From NCBI GenBank assembly GCA_023411645.1, contig JAEYON010000055.1, positions 17,118 to 81,117 on the forward strand: a stretch of 64,000 bases of DNA. Reading direction: 5' to 3'. The translations under genes were made by a program, and so were the position numbers. The notes under the pieces are model-generated. The model was not told where the DNA came from. It was given only the letters and a program-made list of their open reading frames with translations, and made no database searches. Origin of the DNA: Bacillota bacterium (GTDB lineage: Bacteria > Bacillota > Clostridia > Acetivibrionales > DTU013). Each line of letters begins with the position of its first letter. Positions within the stretch are counted from its first letter, which is position 1. Below are positions 8,798 through 17,657 of the stretch, one piece after another.

Positions 8798-9418
8798 ATG
8801 GTTAATCTAGTAATATTTGATGTAGACGGTACAATGATCGATACAAAAGAAGCAGTGTTGAAATCCTATCAGTATGCCATTTTTGGAGAATTCGGCAGAC
8901 AATTTACAGATGCGGAGCAAGCCATGGTATATGGTGCTCCCACACAACAGGCACTGGAAAGGTTGGGCGTGTATGATATTGACAGGGCAAGCAAGCTCTA
9001 TTATGAGAGCCTCTTCAAGGCCTTTGCAGACGAAGTCCGGCTTTTCGACGGAATTATTCCGGTGCTTGAGGAGCTGAGAAATCGCAATATTGTTTGTGGA
9101 ATTGTAACATCAAGGGATAGGGCAGAAGTTGACAATGATGTGAACCTTTCTGCCCTTTTAAAGTATTTTGATTTTGTAATTTGTGCCGAGGACACTGAAA
9201 AACACAAGCCGGATGCAGAACCGATAAACAAGCTGCTGGAGCTGGCCGGAGTCGACGCTTCCAAAGCGATTTATCTGGGCGATACAGTTTATGATTATAT
9301 GTGCGCGAAAAACGCCGGAGTAAAATTTGCCCTCGCATCCTGGGGAGCCGTGCCGGATGAAAATATTAAAGAAGATTATTTACTCGTAAAACCGTCAGAT
9401 TTGCTAGAATTAGTATAA
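8798..9418 (+). CDS. HAD-superfamily IA hydrolase (phosphoglycolate phosphatase / PpaX-like)
   Basis: 206 aa. Motif I is DVDGTMIDT, motif II VTSR, motif III K..KPD and motif IV GDTVYD. Confidence 0.8.
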   Translation: MVNLVIFDVDGTMIDTKEAVLKSYQYAIFGEFGRQFTDAEQAMVYGAPTQQALERLGVYDIDRASKLYYESLFKAFADEVRLFDGIIPVLEELRNRNIVCGIVTSRDRAEVDNDVNLSALLKYFDFVICAEDTEKHKPDAEPINKLLELAGVDASKAIYLGDTVYDYMCAKNAGVKFALASWGAVPDENIKEDYLLVKPSDLLELV

Positions 9419-9512
9419 CAAGTACTAATGATAAGTATAGATAGCAAGTATGAATAAGGATGAATTTAAAATATGAATATCATGTAACAAATGGCAGCCA
9501 CGGGTTTGCTTA

Positions 9513-9541
9513 TTGACAGATGTCAAAAAGCTCTTTACAAT
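9513..9541 (+). promoter_or_regulatory. Sigma-70-type promoter upstream of the kinase/DeoR genes
   Basis: TTGACA, 17 nt, TACAAT, about 50 nt upstream of the GTG start. The RBS AAAGGAG follows. Confidence 0.5.
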
Positions 9542-9589
9542 AAAAAGTGACAACAAAGAGCAATAAACGATAAAAAGGAGAATCCCGCG

Positions 9590-11107
9590 GTGAGCACATA
9601 CGTTATTGGTATTGATATTGGTACACAGGGTACCAAAGCAGCATTATTTGACGATAAGATGGAACTGATAACGACTGCGTTTGAAGAGTCCAGGCTGATC
9701 TCCCCGAAACCGGGGACAGTATGGCAGGAGCCCGATGATCTGTATGCATCTTGTGCGAATACGATTCGTGAGTTGCTGGAGAAATCAGGAGCAGCAGCCA
9801 CTGATATTGCAGCTATTGGACTGGATGGCCAAATGGCAGGTATTATGGGCGTTGACTCGGACGGAGAAGCCTCCACATACTTCGACTCGTGGCTTGATAT
9901 GCGCTGCGGAAAGTACGTAGAGCAGATGAATACACGCGCCGGCAAGCGTATCATTGAATTGAGCGGCGGTCCGGCCACCTATGTGCATGGCCCGAAGATA
10001 CTCTGGTGGAAAAATGAACAACCTGATGCTTATAAAAAGACTACCAAGTTTGTTTTGCCCCATTCGTATGTAGTTGGCAAAATGACGGGTCTTTCCGGAA
10101 ACAACGCCTATTTTGATTATACGCATCTGCATTTCTCATGCCTTGCGGACACGGCAAACAAGGCCTGGTCTGATGAACTCCTTGAAACCTTTGACATAGA
10201 TAAACATAAGATGGCGCGTATTACCTCACCATTTGAGATCGTTGGAAGAGTAACAAAGGAATTTGCTGCACTTTCCGGCCTGATAGAGGGAATTCCTGTG
10301 GCGGCAGGATGTGGTGACACCGCTGCAAGTACGTTTGGCTCTGGTATGTTTCGGCGCGAACTAATATTAGACTGTGCAGGTACTGCATCCGTACTGTGTT
10401 CAGTCGTGGACAAGTACGTTCCGGATACTGAGCATGCAACGCTGACTATGATGCGAAGCCCTGTAGACGGCTTGTTTTTACCTCTTGCGTACATCAACGG
10501 CGGCGGCATGTGCATGCGTTGGTTCCGCGATACGCTTAGCGGTAAGCCGGCGGCAGATTATAGCCTTCTGGATGCGGAGGCGGCACAGATTGAAGCCGGC
10601 AGCGAAGGCTTGATATTTGTCCCGCATTTTTCTGGCAGGGTGCTGCCAAGCAATCCAAATCTAAAAGGAGCTTATCTTGGCCTTGATTTCAAGCATACCC
10701 GCGGTCATATGTTCCGTGCGGTTATGGAATCGATAGCTTACGAATACAAATATTATTTATCCATACTCCGCAGTCTTTATCCGGGGGATTGTTTTGATCA
10801 TATGTTGACTGTAGGCGGTGGAGCGAAGGCTCCATTGTTTAATCAAATCAAGGCTGATGTGCTTGGAGTGACCGTCACTACCTTTGAAACAGGCGAGACG
10901 GCTTTACTTGGGAGTGCAGTTATCGCAGCGGCCGGTGTTGGACTAATAGCTGATTATCAGGAACCGATCCAGCGAGTCATGAAAAAGGGCTCTGAGTATA
11001 CGGCGGATGAGAGGAACTATGCAGCATATAAACCGTATGCACAGGAGTATTTGGCGGCTATTGAAAATTTAACGCCGTTTTATAACAAGGCAGAATTTAA
11101 AGAATAG
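9590..11107 (+). CDS. FGGY-family carbohydrate kinase (xylulokinase/ketose-kinase-like)
   Basis: 505 aa. N-terminal IGIDIGTQGTKAALFD and later GGGA blocks are typical of FGGY kinases. Confidence 0.85.
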   Translation: MSTYVIGIDIGTQGTKAALFDDKMELITTAFEESRLISPKPGTVWQEPDDLYASCANTIRELLEKSGAAATDIAAIGLDGQMAGIMGVDSDGEASTYFDSWLDMRCGKYVEQMNTRAGKRIIELSGGPATYVHGPKILWWKNEQPDAYKKTTKFVLPHSYVVGKMTGLSGNNAYFDYTHLHFSCLADTANKAWSDELLETFDIDKHKMARITSPFEIVGRVTKEFAALSGLIEGIPVAAGCGDTAASTFGSGMFRRELILDCAGTASVLCSVVDKYVPDTEHATLTMMRSPVDGLFLPLAYINGGGMCMRWFRDTLSGKPAADYSLLDAEAAQIEAGSEGLIFVPHFSGRVLPSNPNLKGAYLGLDFKHTRGHMFRAVMESIAYEYKYYLSILRSLYPGDCFDHMLTVGGGAKAPLFNQIKADVLGVTVTTFETGETALLGSAVIAAAGVGLIADYQEPIQRVMKKGSEYTADERNYAAYKPYAQEYLAAIENLTPFYNKAEFKE

Positions 11108-11121
11108 CGAGGGGTAAAATT

Positions 11122-11910
11122 ATGCAGAAAGAAGCGGGTGGTATGCTTGCACAGGTCAGGCAGCAGGCGATTGCCGATCTTGTCAACAAACAGGGAAACA
11201 TCACCGTAAATACCTTATGTGAAAGGTTTGCCGTTTCGCCGGCAACTATCAGAAACGATCTTCGCGATCTGGAGGAACGGGGGATTGTAAAGCGCACCCA
11301 TGGCGGAGCTATCGGCTGCAACAAGACATCATATGAATTGAACACGAATCAGAAGGAAGTACAAAATATCCTGGAGAAGCGTTTAATTGCAAAGGCGGCG
11401 ATGGAGTTCGTCCAGGAAGGAGATGCAATCGCGCTGGATTCCGGTACAACGACATTTGAAATGGTTCAGCTTATGACCGGCATGAAGGATCTTACGGTGG
11501 TTACCAATGATCTGCAAATTGCCGCATGGCTTGAGCGAAACACCGAAGTGACGGTTATTTTGACCGGCGGCACGGTACGCCGGCATTTTCGCTGTACAAC
11601 AGGGCAGACGGCAGTGGATATGCTTTCAATGCTGCACGTGGATAAAGCCTTTGTGGCTGCCAATGGCGTAAGCATACGAAACGGGCTGACAACGCCTAGT
11701 ATAGACATGGCCAGCATAAAGAAACAAATGATCGACTCGTCGGATAAGGTTATCCTGATCGCAGACAGTACAAAGATTGAGCGGACGGCATTTGTTTCCT
11801 ATTCGCCTATATCACGGGTCGATGTGCTGATAACTGACGATAATGCTGATAATGGTTTTATTGAAGCACTCCGTGGAACAGGGGTAAATGTGATTTGTGT
11901 CGGAACTTGA
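11122..11910 (+). CDS. DeoR/GlpR-family transcriptional regulator
   Basis: 262 aa. N-terminal wHTH (..VSPATIRNDLRDLEERGIVKRTHGGA..) plus a C-terminal DeoR sugar-phosphate sensor domain. Confidence 0.85.
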   Translation: MQKEAGGMLAQVRQQAIADLVNKQGNITVNTLCERFAVSPATIRNDLRDLEERGIVKRTHGGAIGCNKTSYELNTNQKEVQNILEKRLIAKAAMEFVQEGDAIALDSGTTTFEMVQLMTGMKDLTVVTNDLQIAAWLERNTEVTVILTGGTVRRHFRCTTGQTAVDMLSMLHVDKAFVAANGVSIRNGLTTPSIDMASIKKQMIDSSDKVILIADSTKIERTAFVSYSPISRVDVLITDDNADNGFIEALRGTGVNVICVGT

Positions 11911-11980
11911 CTCACCTTCTTTTTTTTTATCATTTTTTAGCAGAAAGCGATAACAAACAATAACAAACGAAAAAAAACGA

Positions 11981-12009
11981 TTGCAAAAAGATAAGAAATG
12001 CGATATAAT
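11981..12009 (+). promoter_or_regulatory. Sigma-70-type promoter upstream of the oxidoreductase genes
   Basis: TTGCAA, 17 nt, TATAAT, 34 nt upstream of ATG 12043. Confidence 0.5.
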
Positions 12010-12042
12010 GATAAAAAACGATAGACAGGGAGAAACCTGAGG

Positions 12043-13062
12043 ATGAATAAACGCAATATAGGTATTTGTCTTATTGGATGTGGACGTGCAGGTATGATCC
12101 ATGCTCGTAATTTTATGAACAAGGTCCCCGGCGCACATATGGCTGCAGTTGTTGATGTAGCTGAAGATGCGGCGAAGGCTGCAGCGCAGGAGCTCGGCAT
12201 TGACAGATGGTTTACGGATTACCATAGCATTCTGAATAAGGATGATATTGATGCTGTTGTGGTGGTATCACCCACTAATCTTCATAAGCAAATAGTGATC
12301 GATTGTGCGAATGCAAAAAAGCATATATTTTGTGAGAAACCTATGGCAATGAATACACAGGAATGTGATGAAATGATTGCAGCGTGCGAAAAAAATAACG
12401 TTAAGCTGCAAATCGGGTTTATGCGCCGGCATGATATAAGCTTCAAGGAAGCAAAGAAGCTTTTGGATGAAGGTGTGATAGGAGATCTGGTACAGATTCA
12501 TTCCTGTACACGCGGTCCGAGTAAACCCCGTCCGTGGATGTATGATCTGAAGAAATCCAACGGTATTCTGGCTGAGGTAAACAGCCATGACATCGACTCA
12601 GTCCGCTGGTTCGCCGGCAGTGAGATAAAGGAGCTTTATGCTGTGGCTGGCAATTACAGAAATCCCGAAGCGGTTGCCGAATATCCTGATTACTATGACA
12701 GTGTTCTGATGAACGGTACTTTTGAAAATGGTGTGCAGTTTTCAATAGATGGCGCGGCATATGTGCAATACGGATATGATTCTAAAATGGAGATCATCGG
12801 TACAAAGGGTGTATTGCAGGTTGGCCGCTCCGATGCGAACTTTGTCAAATGCACGACGGTCGAGAATGGAACATCAACACCGTTTATCAATAGCTGGATG
12901 ACGCTATTTATCGATGCTTATCTGGCTGAGGACATCGCTTTTACAGAGGCGATACTAAATGATTCCGAGCCCGCAGTTACGGGCAGGGACGGCCGGCAGG
13001 CGGTCAGAATCGTAGAGGCAGGTAATGAATCTATTTTATCAAAAAACGTTGTGAGGCTCTGA
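12043..13062 (+). CDS. Gfo/Idh/MocA-family NAD(P)-dependent oxidoreductase (inositol-dehydrogenase-like)
   Basis: 339 aa. Rossmann motif IGCGRAGMIHA and an EKP motif (FCEKPMA). Confidence 0.85.
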   Translation: MNKRNIGICLIGCGRAGMIHARNFMNKVPGAHMAAVVDVAEDAAKAAAQELGIDRWFTDYHSILNKDDIDAVVVVSPTNLHKQIVIDCANAKKHIFCEKPMAMNTQECDEMIAACEKNNVKLQIGFMRRHDISFKEAKKLLDEGVIGDLVQIHSCTRGPSKPRPWMYDLKKSNGILAEVNSHDIDSVRWFAGSEIKELYAVAGNYRNPEAVAEYPDYYDSVLMNGTFENGVQFSIDGAAYVQYGYDSKMEIIGTKGVLQVGRSDANFVKCTTVENGTSTPFINSWMTLFIDAYLAEDIAFTEAILNDSEPAVTGRDGRQAVRIVEAGNESILSKNVVRL

Positions 13063-13075
13063 GGGAGGATAAATT

Positions 13076-14113
13076 ATGCTGAGCTTGAGGCTTTTTGGAC
13101 CGAACGATATCAGGCTGGTGGAAGTGGAAGTTCCGACCATCAGCAATGACGAATTGCTGCTTAAAACAGATGCCGCGTCAGTATGCGGAACGGATTTACG
13201 GATGTGGAAGAATGGATATAAAGGTGTGGATGCTGAGCATCCGCTTACATTAGGTCATGAGTTTTCCGGTACGGTTGTCAAGGTTGGCGAAAATGTGCCT
13301 TTTTATAAAGAAGGCATGCAGGTTGCAATGCAGCCTAATATTGGCTGCGGAATATGTGACCGCTGTGTAGCCGGTAATTTTCATCTTTGTGAAGAATACC
13401 GTGCTTTTGGGATTAATATGGACGGCGCGTTTGCTGAATATGTCCGTATCCCGGCCGACGCCATTCGTAATGGGAATTTGATGCTGCTGCCTGAAGGAGT
13501 ATCTCCCGAGGAAGCAGCAGTGGTGGAGCCGCTCTCATGCGCTTATAACGGTTTCACGAAGTGTTTTGTGAAACCCGGTGATTATGCATTGGTCGTGGGC
13601 GCAGGTCCGATCGGCATAAGTCATGCAATGCTGCTGAATATGGCAGGCGCTCCTGTGCTGATGAATGATATACATTTGGAACGGCTGAATGAATGTAAAA
13701 AGATTATGCCGTTTATTGAGATTTATCATGGGGACGATCTGGCGGGCTTTGTGGAGAAATGGACACGCGGAAGGGGTCTTGACATCGCAATTACGGCATG
13801 TCCAGTACCATCAGTTCAAGCTCAGATGCTGCCGTTGATGAACTACGGCGGAAGGATTAACTTCTTTGGCGGTATTCCTGCTCATAAACAGCCGGTTCCC
13901 ATTGACACGAACCTGGTGCATTACAAGGAGCTTTATCTGACTGGTTCCACCCGTTCCAGTATAGCTCAATTCCGTAAGTCTATGGAATTTGTATCCCAGG
14001 GATTGTTGAATGTGAAAGATATAATAACAGGACGTTACGCTCTAAAAGATATATTAACTGCATTTGAAAACGCTAATCTCGCAAGAGGATTTAAGCATGT
14101 CATTGTTTTTTAA
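13076..14113 (+). CDS. Zinc-dependent medium-chain alcohol/polyol dehydrogenase (sorbitol/threonine dehydrogenase-like)
   Basis: 345 aa. GHEFSG catalytic-zinc motif, structural-zinc Cys cluster GCGICDRCVAGNFHLC, and GAGPIG NAD-binding site. Confidence 0.85.
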   Translation: MLSLRLFGPNDIRLVEVEVPTISNDELLLKTDAASVCGTDLRMWKNGYKGVDAEHPLTLGHEFSGTVVKVGENVPFYKEGMQVAMQPNIGCGICDRCVAGNFHLCEEYRAFGINMDGAFAEYVRIPADAIRNGNLMLLPEGVSPEEAAVVEPLSCAYNGFTKCFVKPGDYALVVGAGPIGISHAMLLNMAGAPVLMNDIHLERLNECKKIMPFIEIYHGDDLAGFVEKWTRGRGLDIAITACPVPSVQAQMLPLMNYGGRINFFGGIPAHKQPVPIDTNLVHYKELYLTGSTRSSIAQFRKSMEFVSQGLLNVKDIITGRYALKDILTAFENANLARGFKHVIVF

Positions 14114-14146
14114 AAAATTGAGAATACTTATAGCAGGAGGCTTGTT

Positions 14147-15475
14147 ATGAAGACACGTCTTGTTCCACTATACTTTTCTGAGGCAAATGATCGCGAAAGG
14201 CAGGAATTTGCGGCTCAGATGACACGCTTGCGTGAATTTTATGGAGAGGTGGCGGAGTTTCTGCCGGAAGTCTGCGTAGGGGATCCAATTCCGGAGGCAG
14301 ATGCAATCCTATTTCCACAACTGATTTTCGCAGCATTTCGGCACAATGATGAACTGACAGGCTATGGACTGCCAATGGTCGTACTGACTTCGCGTTTTGG
14401 CACCGTTGAGATGTGGGATTGGGAAATCGTCACGTATTTACGGGATTTAGGATGTACAGTGTTTTCTCCATACAACATTGAGCTGGCTAAGGTTATTCTG
14501 CGTGCTATCGCGGTAAAACGCAGCCTCCGATCGGGAGCAAAATTTCTGATGTTCCAGGATTCTCCGGGAGAGGGTATGCAGGCCAATATCTTCAAGCGTT
14601 TTTACTGGTGGGAGAAGGAAAGCACCGATAAGATGGAAGATTCCTTCGGATGCCGATTGATTTACCGAAGTTGGAAGGCTGTTGGCGATCGTGCAAAGCA
14701 GATTTCTGATGAAGAGGCCAAACAAATAAGCGCCGATTGGAATATTACGCAGGAAGACGTCAGTGAGATGGCATTCCTGCGCGCCGTCAAGATATATATC
14801 GCCGTAAAGGAAGTAATTGATGAAATCGGAGAAGTGGCCGGGGTAGGGTCCAATTGCCTGAATGAGTCCTTCAATTGCGATACGACTCCATGTCTTGCAT
14901 GGAATATGCTGTTTGAGCGGGATAACATCATATTCGCCTGCGAGGGTGACACGCTTACACTGTTATCAACCTATATCTTATATAGATCGCTTAATCAGCC
15001 TATCATGATGACCAATTTGTACCCGTTTCTTGTCGGAATGGCTGCACTGGCCCATGAGAAGATTGATAAGTTCCCCGACATCGAGGATCCGGACAATCAT
15101 GCATTAGGTGTACACTGCGGTTACTTTGGTCTGGCGGCGCGAAGCTTCTGTACACAATGGACGCTTCGTCCGAAAGTGCTTGAGATCGTCGATGAAAATG
15201 CTATTGTAGTCGATTGCCGTTTCCCAACTGGAAAGATCACACTGGCAAAGATATACCCCGGTTTTAAAAAGCTCAGCATTATTGAAGCGGAAATCGAGGA
15301 TTATGTGCAATATCCCGGTTCGGATTGCAGGAATGGAGCGCTGATACGCTACAAGGACGGACATAAGGTGATGGATGCACTTTGCTCACATCATTCTCTG
15401 ATTATCTCGGGTGATGTAAAACCGCAATTAATGCAATTGGCAAAAGTATTTGGATTTAGTGTCATTGATCTATGA
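14147..15475 (+). CDS. Putative sugar isomerase of the L-fucose/L-arabinose isomerase-like superfamily
   Basis: 442 aa. An ACEGD block and a C-terminal ..CSHHSLIISGD.. resemble FucI/AraA-like proteins as I remember them. There is no stronger motif support. Confidence 0.4.
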   Translation: MKTRLVPLYFSEANDRERQEFAAQMTRLREFYGEVAEFLPEVCVGDPIPEADAILFPQLIFAAFRHNDELTGYGLPMVVLTSRFGTVEMWDWEIVTYLRDLGCTVFSPYNIELAKVILRAIAVKRSLRSGAKFLMFQDSPGEGMQANIFKRFYWWEKESTDKMEDSFGCRLIYRSWKAVGDRAKQISDEEAKQISADWNITQEDVSEMAFLRAVKIYIAVKEVIDEIGEVAGVGSNCLNESFNCDTTPCLAWNMLFERDNIIFACEGDTLTLLSTYILYRSLNQPIMMTNLYPFLVGMAALAHEKIDKFPDIEDPDNHALGVHCGYFGLAARSFCTQWTLRPKVLEIVDENAIVVDCRFPTGKITLAKIYPGFKKLSIIEAEIEDYVQYPGSDCRNGALIRYKDGHKVMDALCSHHSLIISGDVKPQLMQLAKVFGFSVIDL

Positions 15476-15561
15476 TAATGGAAATTATTGCTTTGAAATG
15501 TTGATAACAACATTGTTTTACGAATAAATTTTGGTTAAATGTTGAATAATATAGTTTTATA

Positions 15562-15590
15562 TTGACATTTGCCCGTTTGACTGATATATT
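15562..15590 (+). promoter_or_regulatory. Sigma-70-type promoter upstream of the epimerase/ABC transporter genes
   Basis: TTGACA, 17 nt, TATATT, 27 nt upstream of ATG 15617. Confidence 0.5.
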
Positions 15591-15616
15591 GAGTAAAGGT
15601 AAACGTGGAGGATAAT

Positions 15617-16462
15617 ATGAAGATAGGTGCGAGCTCTTATATATGGGTTTCCCCATTTTCTACAGAAAAGCTCAACCAACTGGCTCACGCAAAATCGATT
15701 GGATTTGACATTTATGAAATCGCCGTTGAGGATCCTGACGTCATTGATGGAGAAAAAGTTCTTGATGAGGCACAGCGTGTCGGGATAGAGACAACTGTCT
15801 GCGGTGCTTACGGTGAATCACGGGACATTAGCAGTGATGTGGCAGAGTATCGTGAAAACGGGCTGGAATATGGGCGCCGCTTAATTGAGCTTGCTGCTGT
15901 TGTGAGATCACCTTATGTAGCCGGACCAATGTATGCTGCTGTCGGCAGAACACGCTTAGCGGGAAGTGAAGAAAAACAGCGTCAAATGACTTACGCTGTG
16001 GAGAATATTAAACGCCTTGCTGATTTTGCCGGAGAAAAGGGTGTTTGCCTTGCACTGGAGCCGTTAAACAGATTTGAAACTGATTTTATGAATACTGTTG
16101 AACAGGGCATGCTATTCATTGAAAAGGTTGGATTAAGTAATGTTGGATTTTTACTGGACACCTTTCATATGAACATTGAAGAAAAATCCTTGCCTGATGC
16201 GATCCGTCTGGCGAAAGGGCACATATTTAATTTCCATGCATGTGCCAATGACCGTGGTACCCCCGGGGAGGATCATTTTGATTGGGCTGCTATCCGTCAG
16301 GCGCTAGAGGATGCAGACTATTCGGGACCGGTAGTTATTGAATCGTTTACTCCTGAAATAAAGGAAATTGCGAAGGCTGTTTCTTTATGGAGAGAACTTG
16401 CAGAAACGCCGGATACACTAGCGGAAAATGGACTAAAGTTTTTACGTTCGGTTTTTGGTTAA
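15617..16462 (+). CDS. Sugar phosphate isomerase/epimerase (ketose 3-epimerase-like TIM barrel)
   Basis: The ORF track starts at 15605 (GTG). ATG 15617 has GGAGGA 5 nt upstream. LALEPLNRFE and DTFHMNIEE strands are typical of xylose-isomerase-like/tagatose-epimerase-like enzymes. Confidence 0.75.
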   Translation: MKIGASSYIWVSPFSTEKLNQLAHAKSIGFDIYEIAVEDPDVIDGEKVLDEAQRVGIETTVCGAYGESRDISSDVAEYRENGLEYGRRLIELAAVVRSPYVAGPMYAAVGRTRLAGSEEKQRQMTYAVENIKRLADFAGEKGVCLALEPLNRFETDFMNTVEQGMLFIEKVGLSNVGFLLDTFHMNIEEKSLPDAIRLAKGHIFNFHACANDRGTPGEDHFDWAAIRQALEDADYSGPVVIESFTPEIKEIAKAVSLWRELAETPDTLAENGLKFLRSVFG

Positions 16463-16527
16463 CAGAGTGCCAAATTCGGCGAAAGCCGTTTGGAAATAAA
16501 TAAACATATCAGGAGGATTAGAAAAAG

Positions 16528-17544
16528 ATGAAGAAGTTACTTGCGATTGTATTGTGTCTCATGCTTGCATTCAGCTTTGCTGCATGCGGAAACACACCGC
16601 CGGCAAGCGATAACAACAAAACAGATGCAACTGCTCCTCAAACAACACCAAATGAAGGCGAAAAGCCACTTATTGGTATTACTGTTCCTGAAGCACCCAC
16701 AGGTTGGGTAGCTGCAGTGCAGTGGGCTGCAGATCAGACTGCAAAGAGACTGAACCTTAACTACAAACTTCTCGTTTCTGCAGATGAAAACACACAGGCA
16801 AATCACATTGACGAATTGATCCAGCTTGGATGTAAAACTATCGTTTTAATGCCTCACAATGATACTCTGGGTACAGCAGCACAGAAGATCAAGGATGCTG
16901 GCATTACCCTGATCAACTTCGACCGTACCCTCGGCACAACTGAGCCTGATTACTATGTAGCGGGTGACAACTATCAGATGGGTGTTCTGGGTGCAGAGTA
17001 CATTGCCGAGAAAATTGGAGGCAAGGGTAAGGTTGTTATTACCAATATCCCTGCATATGGAGAAATCTTCAATGTTCGTGTAAAGGGATTCAGAGACACA
17101 ATCTCAGAAAAATACCCTGACATTGAAATCCTTCAGGAGTATGGAGCAGAAAATGGTGCTCCGGAAACCGGTCTTCGTATTATGACGGATATCCTTACTG
17201 CATATCCTGACGGTATCGATGCCATCTACTCAACAGACGACGAGCTTTCTATCGGCCTTATTCAGGCAATTGACGAAGCCGGACGTATCGGCAAGATCAA
17301 GGCTATCACAGGCGGCGGTGGATCGCAGGCGTACTTCAAGGTAATGGAGCAGTACCCTGAAATGGCTATTTCTTCACAGACATATGATCCTTATATGATG
17401 ATTACCTGTGTTGAGATTGCTGCCGGTTTAAATGAAGGCAAGACCTATGATGCAAAAACAATCATCCCTGCAAAGTCCCTTGACATAAAAACATACCAGG
17501 CATGGCTGGATGAGAACTTCATTACACCGGAAGCTCCGTACTAA
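16528..17544 (+). CDS. Sugar ABC-transporter substrate-binding lipoprotein (type-I periplasmic binding fold, RbsB-like)
   Basis: 338 aa. Lipobox LAFSFAAC/GN, a Thr/Pro/Asn linker, then an RbsB-like body. Confidence 0.85.
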   Translation: MKKLLAIVLCLMLAFSFAACGNTPPASDNNKTDATAPQTTPNEGEKPLIGITVPEAPTGWVAAVQWAADQTAKRLNLNYKLLVSADENTQANHIDELIQLGCKTIVLMPHNDTLGTAAQKIKDAGITLINFDRTLGTTEPDYYVAGDNYQMGVLGAEYIAEKIGGKGKVVITNIPAYGEIFNVRVKGFRDTISEKYPDIEILQEYGAENGAPETGLRIMTDILTAYPDGIDAIYSTDDELSIGLIQAIDEAGRIGKIKAITGGGGSQAYFKVMEQYPEMAISSQTYDPYMMITCVEIAAGLNEGKTYDAKTIIPAKSLDIKTYQAWLDENFITPEAPY

Positions 17545-17568
17545 GATTGTAAATTTTACTGAAAGAAA

Positions 17569-17601
17569 ATACGAGAGACGGCTGTATGCCGTCTCTCGTA
17601 T
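17569..17601 (+). terminator. 14-bp perfect stem-loop just after the SBP gene (attenuator or mRNA-stability hairpin)
   Basis: ATACGAGAGACGGC, 5 nt, GCCGTCTCTCGTAT, 25 nt after the stop codon. The weak T-tail suggests partial termination that boosts the SBP:ATPase ratio. Confidence 0.55.
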
Positions 17602-17657
17602 CAAATCTCTTACCATATTACTCAACCGTTTTGCGGCTTTGCCGTGATAGAAAGTAA

